NCBI GenBank assembly: GCA_036002405.1
Contig: DASYTK010000040.1
Location: 1,299-65,298 of the forward strand
Direction of reading: 5' to 3'
Source: Candidatus Limnocylindrales bacterium
Lineage (GTDB): Bacteria; Chloroflexota; Limnocylindria; Limnocylindrales; CSP1-4
Length of the DNA: 64,000 nucleotides
Positions within the stretch are counted from its first letter, which is position 1. Each line of letters opens with the position of its first letter. Below, in pieces: positions 1-8,627 of this stretch. Both the position numbers and the translations under genes were made by a program. Under the pieces are notes generated by a model. It was not told the DNA's origin. It saw only the letters and a program-made list of their open reading frames with translations, and did not search any database.

Positions 1-1
1 G

Positions 2-856
2 CGACTCCGGCAACCGCGGCGCCTCCTCGCCATCGGCCTGATCGCGGCGTTCGGCGGGATCGGCCTGGCCTTCCTCGTCGCACGGGGCGAGCTCGCCGGA
101 GGGGACGCCCGCGCCTACTGGGCCGGAGTTCGGATCTGGTTGGCCGGTGGCGATCCCTACCACCCGGTCGAGCCGTTCATGCCCTATCCCTATGCGCCCT
201 GGCTCCTGCCCGCCTTCACGCCCTGGGCGCTTCTCCCCTGGAACGTGGCCTGGTTCTTCTGGCGCGGCCTCAACGTCCTCCTCCTCCTCTGGTCGGCCGA
301 GTGGGCGTACCGGCGCCATCCCCTGGCCACCGCGGTGGTCCTCGCCGTTCTCATGGCCCCGATCGTCGTCACCCTCGACACCGGCAACATCACGCTCGTC
401 CTCGCACTCGCGGTCTGGGCGGCCCAGTTCGTGGGACCGCGCCTGGGCGGCGTTCTGTGGGCCCTGACGGTGAGCACGAAGTGGTTCCCTGCCCTGCTGC
501 TCGTCTTCCTCCCGCCCCGGACCCGCCTCTGGGCGCTCGCGGCGCTGGGCGGCGCGATCCTCCTTTCCCTCGCCACGCTCCAGCAGACGCTGACCTGGAT
601 CGAGGCGATGGTGAGCTTCCCCCGGCCGATCCGGATCGACTACCTCCTCTTGCTCTGGGCCGCCGTGCCCTGGCTGTGGCGGCATCCCGACCCGCTCTGG
701 TGGCTGAACCGGCGCGACATCGCCCGCCTGGCCACCCTGCGACGGAGGCGACTGGCCCTCTGGTTGCGGGGCTTGCGCGAGGATCCCGAAGCCGCCGCGG
801 GCGAGGCCCGCGACGGTCTTGGCGCCCGGCTCCGGGCGTTCTTCGGGGTGGGCTGA
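2..856 (+). CDS. Integral membrane protein, DUF2029/GT87-like glycosyltransferase family (5' end runs off the window)
   Basis: Track ORF 140..856 stays open in the same frame back to nt 2 (...GDARAYWAGVRIWLAGGDPYHPVEPFMPYPYAPWLLPAF...). It has several Trp/Leu-rich TM segments. The PY...YPYxP pattern recalls GT87/DUF2029 proteins (from memory, no HMM). Confidence 0.45.
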   Translation, partial: RLRQPRRLLAIGLIAAFGGIGLAFLVARGELAGGDARAYWAGVRIWLAGGDPYHPVEPFMPYPYAPWLLPAFTPWALLPWNVAWFFWRGLNVLLLLWSAEWAYRRHPLATAVVLAVLMAPIVVTLDTGNITLVLALAVWAAQFVGPRLGGVLWALTVSTKWFPALLLVFLPPRTRLWALAALGGAILLSLATLQQTLTWIEAMVSFPRPIRIDYLLLLWAAVPWLWRHPDPLWWLNRRDIARLATLRRRRLALWLRGLREDPEAAAGEARDGLGARLRAFFGVG

Positions 857-880
857 CGCGGTCCGAGGCGCGGAGGCCGG

Positions 881-2308
881 CTATCGAGCCCTCGCGCCTT
901 CGAGCACGATCTCCTGGTCCGCCGCGGCAGGCTCGTCCTCCCGCCGACGCTCGTCGACCGGCCGGAGAAGGATCGCGCCGACGACGAAGTACGCGACCGC
1001 GAAGACGTACGCCGCGCGTGGACCGCTGCCGGCCTGTGCGGTGCCACCAATGAGATCCATGACGGTTCCGCCGATGGCGAGGGCAAGCGCGCCGGAGGAC
1101 GCCGTCGCCACGTTGCTGATCCCCATGAACCGCCCGGACGACGCCTTCGGGATGATGTCGGTCATGAGGGCCCAGTCGACTGCAAGGAAGGCTCCGGCCG
1201 CGATCCCCACCAGCAGGAGCCCTGCCTCGGCGAGGAAGATCGACGGCGCGACCACGATCAGGCTCATCCCCGCGGCGCCGATGAGGCAGCTCGTGTAGAT
1301 CAGCATCTTGCGTCCGTAGCGGTCCGAAAGACGCGCCGCGGGGATCGTGCTGATCCCCGTGACGACCGCCACGAGGGCGAGGCTGATGGGAACCCAGAAT
1401 CCCTTCTCCGCCGGGCCGAACCCGAGCGAACGAGTCATGTAGAACGTCACCAGGCCGGTGAGGGATCCCACGGCCATGAGGACGAAGAGCCGCGATCCGA
1501 GGAGCCACATGAAGCTCCGCTCCCGCAGCACGTCAGTCCCCCACGTCTCCCGAGCCACGCCCAGCCAGGAACGGCCGGCCCGGTCCTTCGGGAGGCGGCC
1601 CTCGCGGACCCAAAGGAGCGTTCCGACCGCGGTCGCCAGCTCGATGAGGCCGAGCCCGATCGTGGGCAGCACAAAGTCCGCCGGCTCGAGCGGCCCCCCC
1701 GAGAGCGCCGCCGATACGTAACCCAGTGAGGCGATCGCGGTACCCCCAACGGCACCCATGATGCTCATGAAGCCGACGAGCGCGCTGGCCAGGCCGACCT
1801 GCGGTGCCGGGACCAGGTCGGGCACGTAGCCCTGGAACGGTCCCTGCGCGAAGTTCGAGCTGAATTGCAGAAGGACGATGAACGCGAAGACGCTCAGATA
1901 GGTCTGAGACGTGGCGATGCCGACAAGGAAGACGACGTCGAGCAGGGCACCGATCGCGATGTACGGCTTGCGCCTGCCCCAACGGCTCGTCGTGTAGTCA
2001 CTGATCGATCCCACCGTCGGCTGGATGAGGATCGCCATGACGACCCCAGCGATGGTCATCAGCCCAAGGCCCCGGCCCACCTCCCCTGGTGGGACGAGGA
2101 AGTTCATCCGCTCCTGGAGGATGACGTTGTGCAGACCGGCCCAGATCGCGGTGATCCCGAACCAGTAGACCGACAGCTGTAACAACTGCGGGACGGGCAA
2201 TGTGTCGGTCGGGCGGCCAGCAGTCGCGACCGACGTCTCGGCCGTCGCGACCGTCGGAGCGTGCATCTCCGGCTCCTCCCGTGTGCCTGGCTTGGCCTGG
2301 AGGTCCAT
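881..2308 (-). CDS. MFS transporter, GPH-like (glycoside/cation symporter type)
   Basis: 475 aa and polytopic. The loop motif SISDYTTSRWGRRKPYIAIG matches the D-x-x-x-RWGRR-P signature of MFS/GPH symporters. The start could instead be the internal Met (MHAPTV). Confidence 0.8.
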   Translation of the reverse strand: MDLQAKPGTREEPEMHAPTVATAETSVATAGRPTDTLPVPQLLQLSVYWFGITAIWAGLHNVILQERMNFLVPPGEVGRGLGLMTIAGVVMAILIQPTVGSISDYTTSRWGRRKPYIAIGALLDVVFLVGIATSQTYLSVFAFIVLLQFSSNFAQGPFQGYVPDLVPAPQVGLASALVGFMSIMGAVGGTAIASLGYVSAALSGGPLEPADFVLPTIGLGLIELATAVGTLLWVREGRLPKDRAGRSWLGVARETWGTDVLRERSFMWLLGSRLFVLMAVGSLTGLVTFYMTRSLGFGPAEKGFWVPISLALVAVVTGISTIPAARLSDRYGRKMLIYTSCLIGAAGMSLIVVAPSIFLAEAGLLLVGIAAGAFLAVDWALMTDIIPKASSGRFMGISNVATASSGALALAIGGTVMDLIGGTAQAGSGPRAAYVFAVAYFVVGAILLRPVDERRREDEPAAADQEIVLEGARAR

Positions 2309-2456
2309 CGGATCGACACTCGCTTGGCCGGACCCGCGGAGGGGTCATCCTACGCGGGCCGCGTGGCCGACCGGCGGGCCATCACGCACCGGAGCGCATG
2401 CCGCAGCGGCGCCCGCGCCGCAGCGTAGATTCGGAGGGCATAGGCCGCGATGAGCC

Positions 2457-3299
2457 CTACCCGATGTCGGGCGCTAAACCGAGCCGCTGGCATTTCGGGC
2501 ACCAGTAGATGCTCCGCTGAAGCGCCCCGCCCCGCGCGACCCTGATCGTCGTGCCGCAACGACGGCAGGGCCGTCCGGCACGTCGGTAAACCCAGAGCCG
2601 GCGGGCGCCGCGCGGTCCGTCCGACTCGACCGGCCCGCCGAGCAGGTCGGGCATCGTCGTGCGCGGTCCGCGGAGATTCGCACGGAGGAGGCGGGAGGCC
2701 GTCAGCAGGAGACGTCGAAGCGTCCCGTCGTCGAACGACCCGACGGGAGCGAAGGGATCGACGCGCTCGATGAAACAGACCTCACTGCGGTAGACGTTGC
2801 CGAGGCCGGCCACGACCGTCTGGTCGATGAGGGCCTCGCCGACCGGGGATGCGGCGAGTTCGGGGGCGCGAAGACGGCGGAAGGCCGCGCCCAGGTCCGG
2901 CGAGGGCTCGACCAAGTCGGGCCCGAGGGCGGCAAGCCGGGGATGGATCCGGACGGCCCGGCTGTCGAGGAGCTCCACCGTCGGAGCGTCGAAGCAAACG
3001 GCGACCGCGCCCGGCACTTCCAGCACCGCGACCGCCCGGTCCGGCATTCGCTGCCAGCGTTCGTTCGGCCGGTACCGGTGCCACGACCCGCGCATCCGGA
3101 GGTGCGTGTGCAACGTTTGGCCGCTGCCGAAGCCGATCAGCAGGTGCTTCCCGACACTCTCGACCCGCTCGACCCGGCTGCCCACGACCCGCCCGAGCGC
3201 GGGGCCGCCGGCTCGGCCGCGGGCCCGGGTCACCTCACGCCCGACGAGCACCTCGGCGAGGGTGGCCGCCATTCGTCGAAGCGTGTCGCCCTCCGGCAT
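2457..3299 (-). CDS. nei: Fpg/Nei family DNA glycosylase / AP lyase (endonuclease VIII-like)
   Basis: N-terminus MPEGDT (catalytic Pro2/Glu3). C-terminal zinc finger CRRCGTTIRVARGGALQRSIYWCPKCQ. The start lies 16 nt downstream of the lhr stop. Confidence 0.85.
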   Translation of the reverse strand: MPEGDTLRRMAATLAEVLVGREVTRARGRAGGPALGRVVGSRVERVESVGKHLLIGFGSGQTLHTHLRMRGSWHRYRPNERWQRMPDRAVAVLEVPGAVAVCFDAPTVELLDSRAVRIHPRLAALGPDLVEPSPDLGAAFRRLRAPELAASPVGEALIDQTVVAGLGNVYRSEVCFIERVDPFAPVGSFDDGTLRRLLLTASRLLRANLRGPRTTMPDLLGGPVESDGPRGARRLWVYRRAGRPCRRCGTTIRVARGGALQRSIYWCPKCQRLGLAPDIG

Positions 3300-3315
3300 C
3301 GCGCCGGTACTCGGC

Positions 3316-6300
3316 TCAGCCCGACGGACGAGCGACGACCCAGCCGCGATAGCCCGCCCGGAAGCCGGCCTCTGCGAGGAGCGCGCGGGCCGGCGACTCG
3401 GCGACGGGCAAACCGTCGACCCGCTCGAGCCGCAGCGCCCGGAGGCGGCCGTCGGCGACGAGGTCGGTCAACGCCCGAAGGGCGGCCGAGGCGGCGCTCG
3501 GTGAGGCCGCAAAGGCGGGCAGGGTCACGAGCGACCGTCCGCCCCGCTCGAGGTAGACGACCGGCTCCCCGTCGTTGAGCACGACGTAGGCGCCTGCCAC
3601 GCGGGGAAGGCTGCGGCGGTCCTCGGAACCGATCGGCCAGGCGAGCGCGGCGCCATACGGGTTCGCCGGATCGGTGGCGGCGAGGAGCACCGTCGTGGCA
3701 TCCCGGCGGCCGCCGCCCGGATCGGGCCGCTCGGCCCGTAGCCGGTCGACCGCGCCAGGGAGTGCGAACTGCGCGCCGCCGAGCCCCTCGACGAAGTAGC
3801 CGCGCCGGATCCGGCCCCGCTCCTCGAGCTCGCGAAGGACCGGATAGAGCGCGGCGAACCCGCCGGGGATGCCCTCGGCGACGAGCGCCGGCCGGGTGAG
3901 CACCCCGTGCCGCTCGAGGAGGCCGATCGTCAGGGCATGGCGTCGTTCCGTCTCGGAGGGCGGAGCTGGCGCGATCGCTTCCGCCGTCGTGACGGCGTCG
4001 CGCACCAGGGACCAGCGACCGGCAGCCTCGGGCGGACCCAGGCGGATCGACCCGCGGCGCGGCCGCGCCTCGCGGCTGGGACGCCGCCAGCGGAGCGCGC
4101 GGAGCGGCGCAAAGGTGTCGTTCGTCACCTCGCCGGCCCAGACGAGGTCCCACAGCGCGTCGAGGATCTGCCGCTCCGAAGGCGGGCGGCGATCGTCCGT
4201 CCGCGCGGCCGCGGTCGTGGCGGCGAGGAGGTCACGGTAGAACGAGGCGCCGCGCCCAGAGAGCTGCGCCCGGATCGCGTCGCGGAGCCAGTCCTCAGAG
4301 GCCGTAGCAGTCGCATCGTCCTCGGTGGCTGCCGGGGGGGCCGATCGGAGGAGGGCGAGCCGATCCGGTCGGAAGAGACGGATGCGGCCGTCGTCGCGAC
4401 CCAGGCTGCCCTGGCCGACCCAGGCGACCTCGCCCGCGGCACCCAGCTCGTCCAGCAGGCGCGGCGTGTAGCCACGAACCCGGGACGGCAGGATGTCGCG
4501 CTCGAGGGCACTTGCGGGCAGGGCCACGCCCTCGAGCTGCGCGACGACCTCGGCCAGCCGCTCGAGGCCTGTGGCAGCCGAGCCGATCCCGTGCCAGGCC
4601 GGAAGGAAGCGCCCCAGCGCCGCCGGCTCGACCGGCTCGATCTCCCGGCGGAGCCGGGCCAGGGAGCGGCGCCGGAGAAGGCGCAGGACCTCCGGGTCGC
4701 ACCATTCGCGCTCCACCCCCGTGGGCCGGAACTCCCCTCGCAGGATTGCCCCATCCGCAAGCAGCCGGTCGAGCTCGCGCTCGATGAGCGCCTCGGGCAC
4801 GCCCCAACGCTGGGCGGGCTCTCGGGCGAGGAACGGGCCGTGCCGTCGTGCCCAGCGCGCAAGGAGAGAGCGGAGGGGCGTTTCGGTCGCACCGAGGTAC
4901 GCCTCCGGCACTCCCACGGGAAGCGGGATGCCGACTGCGTCCCGGAAACGGCCTGCCTCCTCGGCCGCGATCCAGCGCCGCTCGCCGCAGATGCGCACTT
5001 CGATCGCGCGCCGGTCGGCGGCGAGCGCCTCCAGCCACTCCCCCGCGGCCGCGGCGCGGGCACGCGCGTCGGTGCCGCGAACGCGAGCGGCGACGTCGGC
5101 CGCCGAGAGGTCGCCCAGGCCGCGCAGCAGATCGTGGACCGAGTCGGCCGAGCCGGCGGCTCGCTCCGGCGTCAGGCCCTGGAGCTCGAGCTCGAGCTCG
5201 GCGAGCGCATCGGCGTCGAGCAGCTCACGCAGCTCCTCCGCGCCCAGAAGCTCCCGCAGGAGCTCGCGGTCAAGGGAGAGCGCCTGGGCACGCCGGTCGA
5301 GGAGCGGTGCGTCGCCCTCATACATGTAGGCCGCGATGTAGTCGAAGAGGAGCGAGCTCGCGAAGGGGCTTGCCCTGGCCGTCTCGACGGAGACGACCCG
5401 GATGCTTCGGCTGCGGATGGCGGCCAGGACCTCGCGGAGCGCGGGCAGGTCGAAGACGTCCTGGAGACACTCGCGGTACGTCTCGAGCACGATCGGGAAG
5501 GAGCCGTAGCGGGAGGCGACGGCGAGGAGCTGGGCGGAGCGCTGACGCATCTGCCAGAGGGGCGTGCGCCGGCCGGGTCGCTGGCGGGGCAGGAGCAGGG
5601 CGCGGGCGGCGTTCTCGCGGAAGCGGCTGGCAAAGAGCGCCGAGCCGCCCAGCGCGGCGACGACAAGGTCCTCGATCGCCTCCGGCTCGATCAGCACGGC
5701 CGACTCGGCCGCGGCCACGCCCGACCGGCCCGTCAGGCCGAAGCCCCCGAGGGATCCTCCCCCGTCGGCCGGTCCACGCCGCCCGTTCCCGTCATCGACC
5801 CGACCGTTCGGCGCCCCGAACGGACCGCCCTCGCCGTCACCGGCCACCACCCTGTCCTCGATGGCCCAGGCATCCGCGCCCTCGTCGGTCGCCGGCAGGC
5901 GGACGACGATCCCGTCGTCGGACCAGATCGGCTGGACCTCGAGTCCCAGCGTCTCGCGCAGGCGTGTCTCGATCGCCAGCGCCCAGGGTGCGTGGACGCG
6001 GGCTCCGAAGGGTGTTAGGAGGCAGAGCCGCCAGTCGCCGAGCTCGTCGCGGAAGCGCTGGAGGACGATCGTGCGGTCTGTCGGGAGGGCGCCCGTCGCC
6101 TGTCGCTCTTCCTCGAGGTAGTCGAGCAGGTTCCTCCCCGCGTGCTCGTCGAGATCGTGCTCCCGCCCGAGCCGTTCGACTGCGGCTCGACGCGTCGCAT
6201 CGGTGCCGTCGAGCGCCTCACCCAGCTCGCGGGTGAGCTCCCCGAGGGCCCGGCCCAGCTCGATCGGCCGGCCCGGCGCGTCACCGTGCCAGAACGGGAT

Positions 6301-8163
6301 CCGACCGGGCTCGCCCGGCGCCGGGTTGACCAGGACGCGATCGTGGCCGATCTCCTCGATCCGCCAGGCACTCGCGCCCAGGAGGATCACCTCGCCCGGG
6401 CGGGCCTCGTAGACCATCTCCTCGTCGAGCTCGCCGACACGTCGCCCACCCCGGTCGCCCGCTCCCCTCGCCCGCGTCCGCGGGCCGTCCCGTCCGCCGG
6501 CCGCGTCGCCGTCGTCGGCGATGAAGACACCGTAGAGGCCGCGGTCCGGGATCGTGCCCCCAGAGACGACCGCGACCGTTCGGGCGTCCCGCCGGCTCTG
6601 GACGGTCCCGGCCACCCTGTCCCAGACGACCCGCGGGCGCAGCTCGGCGAACTCGTCCGCCGGGTACTGCCCGGCGAGCATCCCCAGCACCGCCTCGAAG
6701 CTCTCGCGGCCCAGCTCGGCGAAGTTCTCCGCCCTCTGGACGAGCGCGTAGAGGTCGTCGACCGGCCAGGGTCGCTCGACGCAGGCGGCCACGATCTGCT
6801 GCGCCAGGACGTCGAGCGGATTGCGGGGAAGGGCCGTCGACTCGATCGCCCCCTCGTGCATCCGCCTCGTCACGACGGCGCATTCGAGCAGGTCGCCGCG
6901 GTATTTCGGGAAGATCACGCCGATCGAAGGTTCGTCCACCCGGTGCCCGGCCCGGCCGATCCGCTGGAGTCCCCGTGACACAGACCCCGGCGACTCGACC
7001 TGGACGACGAGGTCCACCGCCCCCATGTCGATGCCGAGCTCGAGCGAGCTGGTGGCCACGATCGCCGGCAGGCGGCCCTGCTTCAGCGCCTCCTCGATCG
7101 CGAGGCGCTGCTCGCGAGCGAGTGAACCGTGGTGGGCGCGGACGAGTTCCTCGCCCGCGAGCTCGTTGAGCTTCTGCGCCAGCCGCTCGGCAAGCCGGCG
7201 GCTGTTGGCGAAGACGATCGTGCTGCGATGGGACCGGATGAGCTCGAGGATCCGGGGATGGATCGCGGGCCAGATGCTCGTCCGCGCCTCGGGCCCGGCC
7301 GCGGAGCCCCCGGGCGCCTCGTCGAGAGGGATCGCCTCACCGAGACGGCTCATGTCCTCGACCGGGACGACGACCTCGAGCTCGAGGGGCTTCCGGATGC
7401 CGACGTCGACGATCGTCACGGGGCGCCGCTCGCCGACCGTGTCCAGGGAGGCTCCCTTGCGAGCTGGGCGCCGGCCGCCGAGGAAGGCCGCTACGACGGG
7501 GAGGGGCCGCTGCGTTGCCGAGAGCCCGATCCGCTGGGGCGGGCGCTCCGTGAGGGCCTCGAGCCGCTCGACGGAGAGGGCGAGATGCGCCCCCCGTTTC
7601 GTGCCGGCGAGAGCGTGGATCTCGTCCACGATGAGCCACTCGACCGAGCGGAGCGCTTCACGCGCCTGCGAGGTCAGGATCAGGTAGAGCGATTCGGGCG
7701 TCGTGACAAGGACGTCGGGGGGGTGCTTGCCGAAGGCACGACGCTCCTCGGCCGGCGTGTCGCCGGTCCGCATCCCGACCCGGATCCGTGGGGGCTCCTG
7801 GCCGCGCGCCCGGGCGGCGAGCGCGATGCCCTGGAGCGGCGCCCGAAGGTTCCGCTCGACGTCATGGACGAGGGCCTTGAGCGGCGAGACGTAGAGCACA
7901 CGCAGCCTGCGGAGCGGATCCTCCGGGGGCGCCGTGGAGAAGAGGCGATCGAGACACCACAGGAACGCGGCGAGGGTCTTGCCCGACCCGGTCGGCGCGC
8001 AGACGAGCGTGTGCTCGCCGCGAGCGATCGCGCGCCATCCCTCGACCTGGGCGGGCGTCGGCTCGGCGAACGACGAGCGGAACCAGTCCTGGGAGGCGGG
8101 CGTGAACGCCGCCAGCGGATCTCCGGCACGGCCGGGGACCGGGCCGGCGCTTGGAGAGGGCAC
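3316..8163 (-). CDS. lhr: Lhr-type large ATP-dependent DEAD/DEAH-box helicase
   Basis: 1615 aa. Walker A CAPTGSGKT, DEIH box, SAT-like LSAT, and HHGSLAREQR...TSSLELGIDMG motifs. The long C-terminal extension is typical of Lhr. GTG start. Confidence 0.9.
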   Translation of the reverse strand: MPSPSAGPVPGRAGDPLAAFTPASQDWFRSSFAEPTPAQVEGWRAIARGEHTLVCAPTGSGKTLAAFLWCLDRLFSTAPPEDPLRRLRVLYVSPLKALVHDVERNLRAPLQGIALAARARGQEPPRIRVGMRTGDTPAEERRAFGKHPPDVLVTTPESLYLILTSQAREALRSVEWLIVDEIHALAGTKRGAHLALSVERLEALTERPPQRIGLSATQRPLPVVAAFLGGRRPARKGASLDTVGERRPVTIVDVGIRKPLELEVVVPVEDMSRLGEAIPLDEAPGGSAAGPEARTSIWPAIHPRILELIRSHRSTIVFANSRRLAERLAQKLNELAGEELVRAHHGSLAREQRLAIEEALKQGRLPAIVATSSLELGIDMGAVDLVVQVESPGSVSRGLQRIGRAGHRVDEPSIGVIFPKYRGDLLECAVVTRRMHEGAIESTALPRNPLDVLAQQIVAACVERPWPVDDLYALVQRAENFAELGRESFEAVLGMLAGQYPADEFAELRPRVVWDRVAGTVQSRRDARTVAVVSGGTIPDRGLYGVFIADDGDAAGGRDGPRTRARGAGDRGGRRVGELDEEMVYEARPGEVILLGASAWRIEEIGHDRVLVNPAPGEPGRIPFWHGDAPGRPIELGRALGELTRELGEALDGTDATRRAAVERLGREHDLDEHAGRNLLDYLEEERQATGALPTDRTIVLQRFRDELGDWRLCLLTPFGARVHAPWALAIETRLRETLGLEVQPIWSDDGIVVRLPATDEGADAWAIEDRVVAGDGEGGPFGAPNGRVDDGNGRRGPADGGGSLGGFGLTGRSGVAAAESAVLIEPEAIEDLVVAALGGSALFASRFRENAARALLLPRQRPGRRTPLWQMRQRSAQLLAVASRYGSFPIVLETYRECLQDVFDLPALREVLAAIRSRSIRVVSVETARASPFASSLLFDYIAAYMYEGDAPLLDRRAQALSLDRELLRELLGAEELRELLDADALAELELELQGLTPERAAGSADSVHDLLRGLGDLSAADVAARVRGTDARARAAAAGEWLEALAADRRAIEVRICGERRWIAAEEAGRFRDAVGIPLPVGVPEAYLGATETPLRSLLARWARRHGPFLAREPAQRWGVPEALIERELDRLLADGAILRGEFRPTGVEREWCDPEVLRLLRRRSLARLRREIEPVEPAALGRFLPAWHGIGSAATGLERLAEVVAQLEGVALPASALERDILPSRVRGYTPRLLDELGAAGEVAWVGQGSLGRDDGRIRLFRPDRLALLRSAPPAATEDDATATASEDWLRDAIRAQLSGRGASFYRDLLAATTAAARTDDRRPPSERQILDALWDLVWAGEVTNDTFAPLRALRWRRPSREARPRRGSIRLGPPEAAGRWSLVRDAVTTAEAIAPAPPSETERRHALTIGLLERHGVLTRPALVAEGIPGGFAALYPVLRELEERGRIRRGYFVEGLGGAQFALPGAVDRLRAERPDPGGGRRDATTVLLAATDPANPYGAALAWPIGSEDRRSLPRVAGAYVVLNDGEPVVYLERGGRSLVTLPAFAASPSAASAALRALTDLVADGRLRALRLERVDGLPVAESPARALLAEAGFRAGYRGWVVARPSG

Positions 8164-8176
8164 GAGCCGAGTATAG
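8164..8176 (-). promoter_or_regulatory. Candidate -10 box (TATACT) placed for a leaderless lhr transcript
   Basis: The minus strand reads GAACC-TATACT-CGGCTC-GTG(start). TATACT ends 6 nt before the GTG start and no Shine-Dalgarno is present. This geometry is typical of leaderless mRNAs in high-GC Gram-positives. Confidence 0.3.
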
Positions 8177-8194
8177 GTTCGAAGGAGCAGATTC

Positions 8195-8590
8195 CTGTCA
8201 TGTACGCAGCTCCTCCTTGCACAACCTGGCTCGCACCTGACCCGCCGGACACACGGCCGGCCCTATCGCGGCGAGGACCTCGGCTTCGATCGCCGGGCTC
8301 ATCGGGTTTCTGCCACTTACGAGCGGGGCTCGTGCAAGTCAACGCGTTGACAGCTGTGGCGGCCCGGCCCAGGTCCATCGGGGCCATGGTCGAGCGTGGC
8401 GGCGCGCGCTTCCGGCCGCGCAATCGGCCGCAAAGTGGCGGCCAGCTCTGACTTACACGAACGTGACTCGTGGGTGACAGCGAATCAGCTCGAATCCGAC
8501 GTCCCTACGAACCTCGCTCGTACATGACAACGAATCTCGCGCGATCCCGCGTTCGCACGATCGCCGCGCGCAGGTGGCAGCACCAGGGCC
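8195..8590. repeat. Cluster of at least 4 dispersed copies (both orientations) of a CTG[CT]CAC-[CT]TACGAG-loop-CTCGT[AG] hairpin repeat
   Basis: Copies read by eye:
- 8310-8338: CTGCCACTTACGAGCGGGGCTCGTGCAAG.
- 8448-8480: palindromic CTGACTTACACGA...TCGTGGGTGACAG.
- 8503-8532: reverse copy, whose complement reads TGTCATGTACGAGCGAGGTTCGTAGGG.
- 8195-8225 and 8571-8590: partial copies.
The same core occurs at 45091-45368. Confidence 0.55.
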
Positions 8591-8627
8591 ACAGACGGGC
8601 CTTCGATGAGCGGCGGACCCGCGATCG

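Noticed and set aside
5700-5870. Gly-rich insert in Lhr as a possible intein or mobile insertion
   Set aside because: There is no Cys/Ser/Thr-start and His-Asn-end splicing signature and no endonuclease motifs. It looks like a low-complexity linker expansion.
3907-6018. Long alternative-frame and antisense ORFs in the track: 390..1508(-), 3230..4153(-), 3907..6018(+), 7129..8451(+), 8745..10118(+), 16609..17916(-), 18611..21769(+), 21458..23542(-), 22375..23847(+), 27576..29045(-), 31419..32837(+), 32934..34766(+), 33925..35892(+), 43038..45314(+), 49377..50978(+), 58898..60091(-), 62185..63360(-)
   Set aside because: All lie inside or opposite genes with clear family signatures. Their translations are Arg/Pro/Gly/Ala-rich low-complexity strings typical of off-frame reading of roughly 70% GC DNA. 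None has a recognisable motif.
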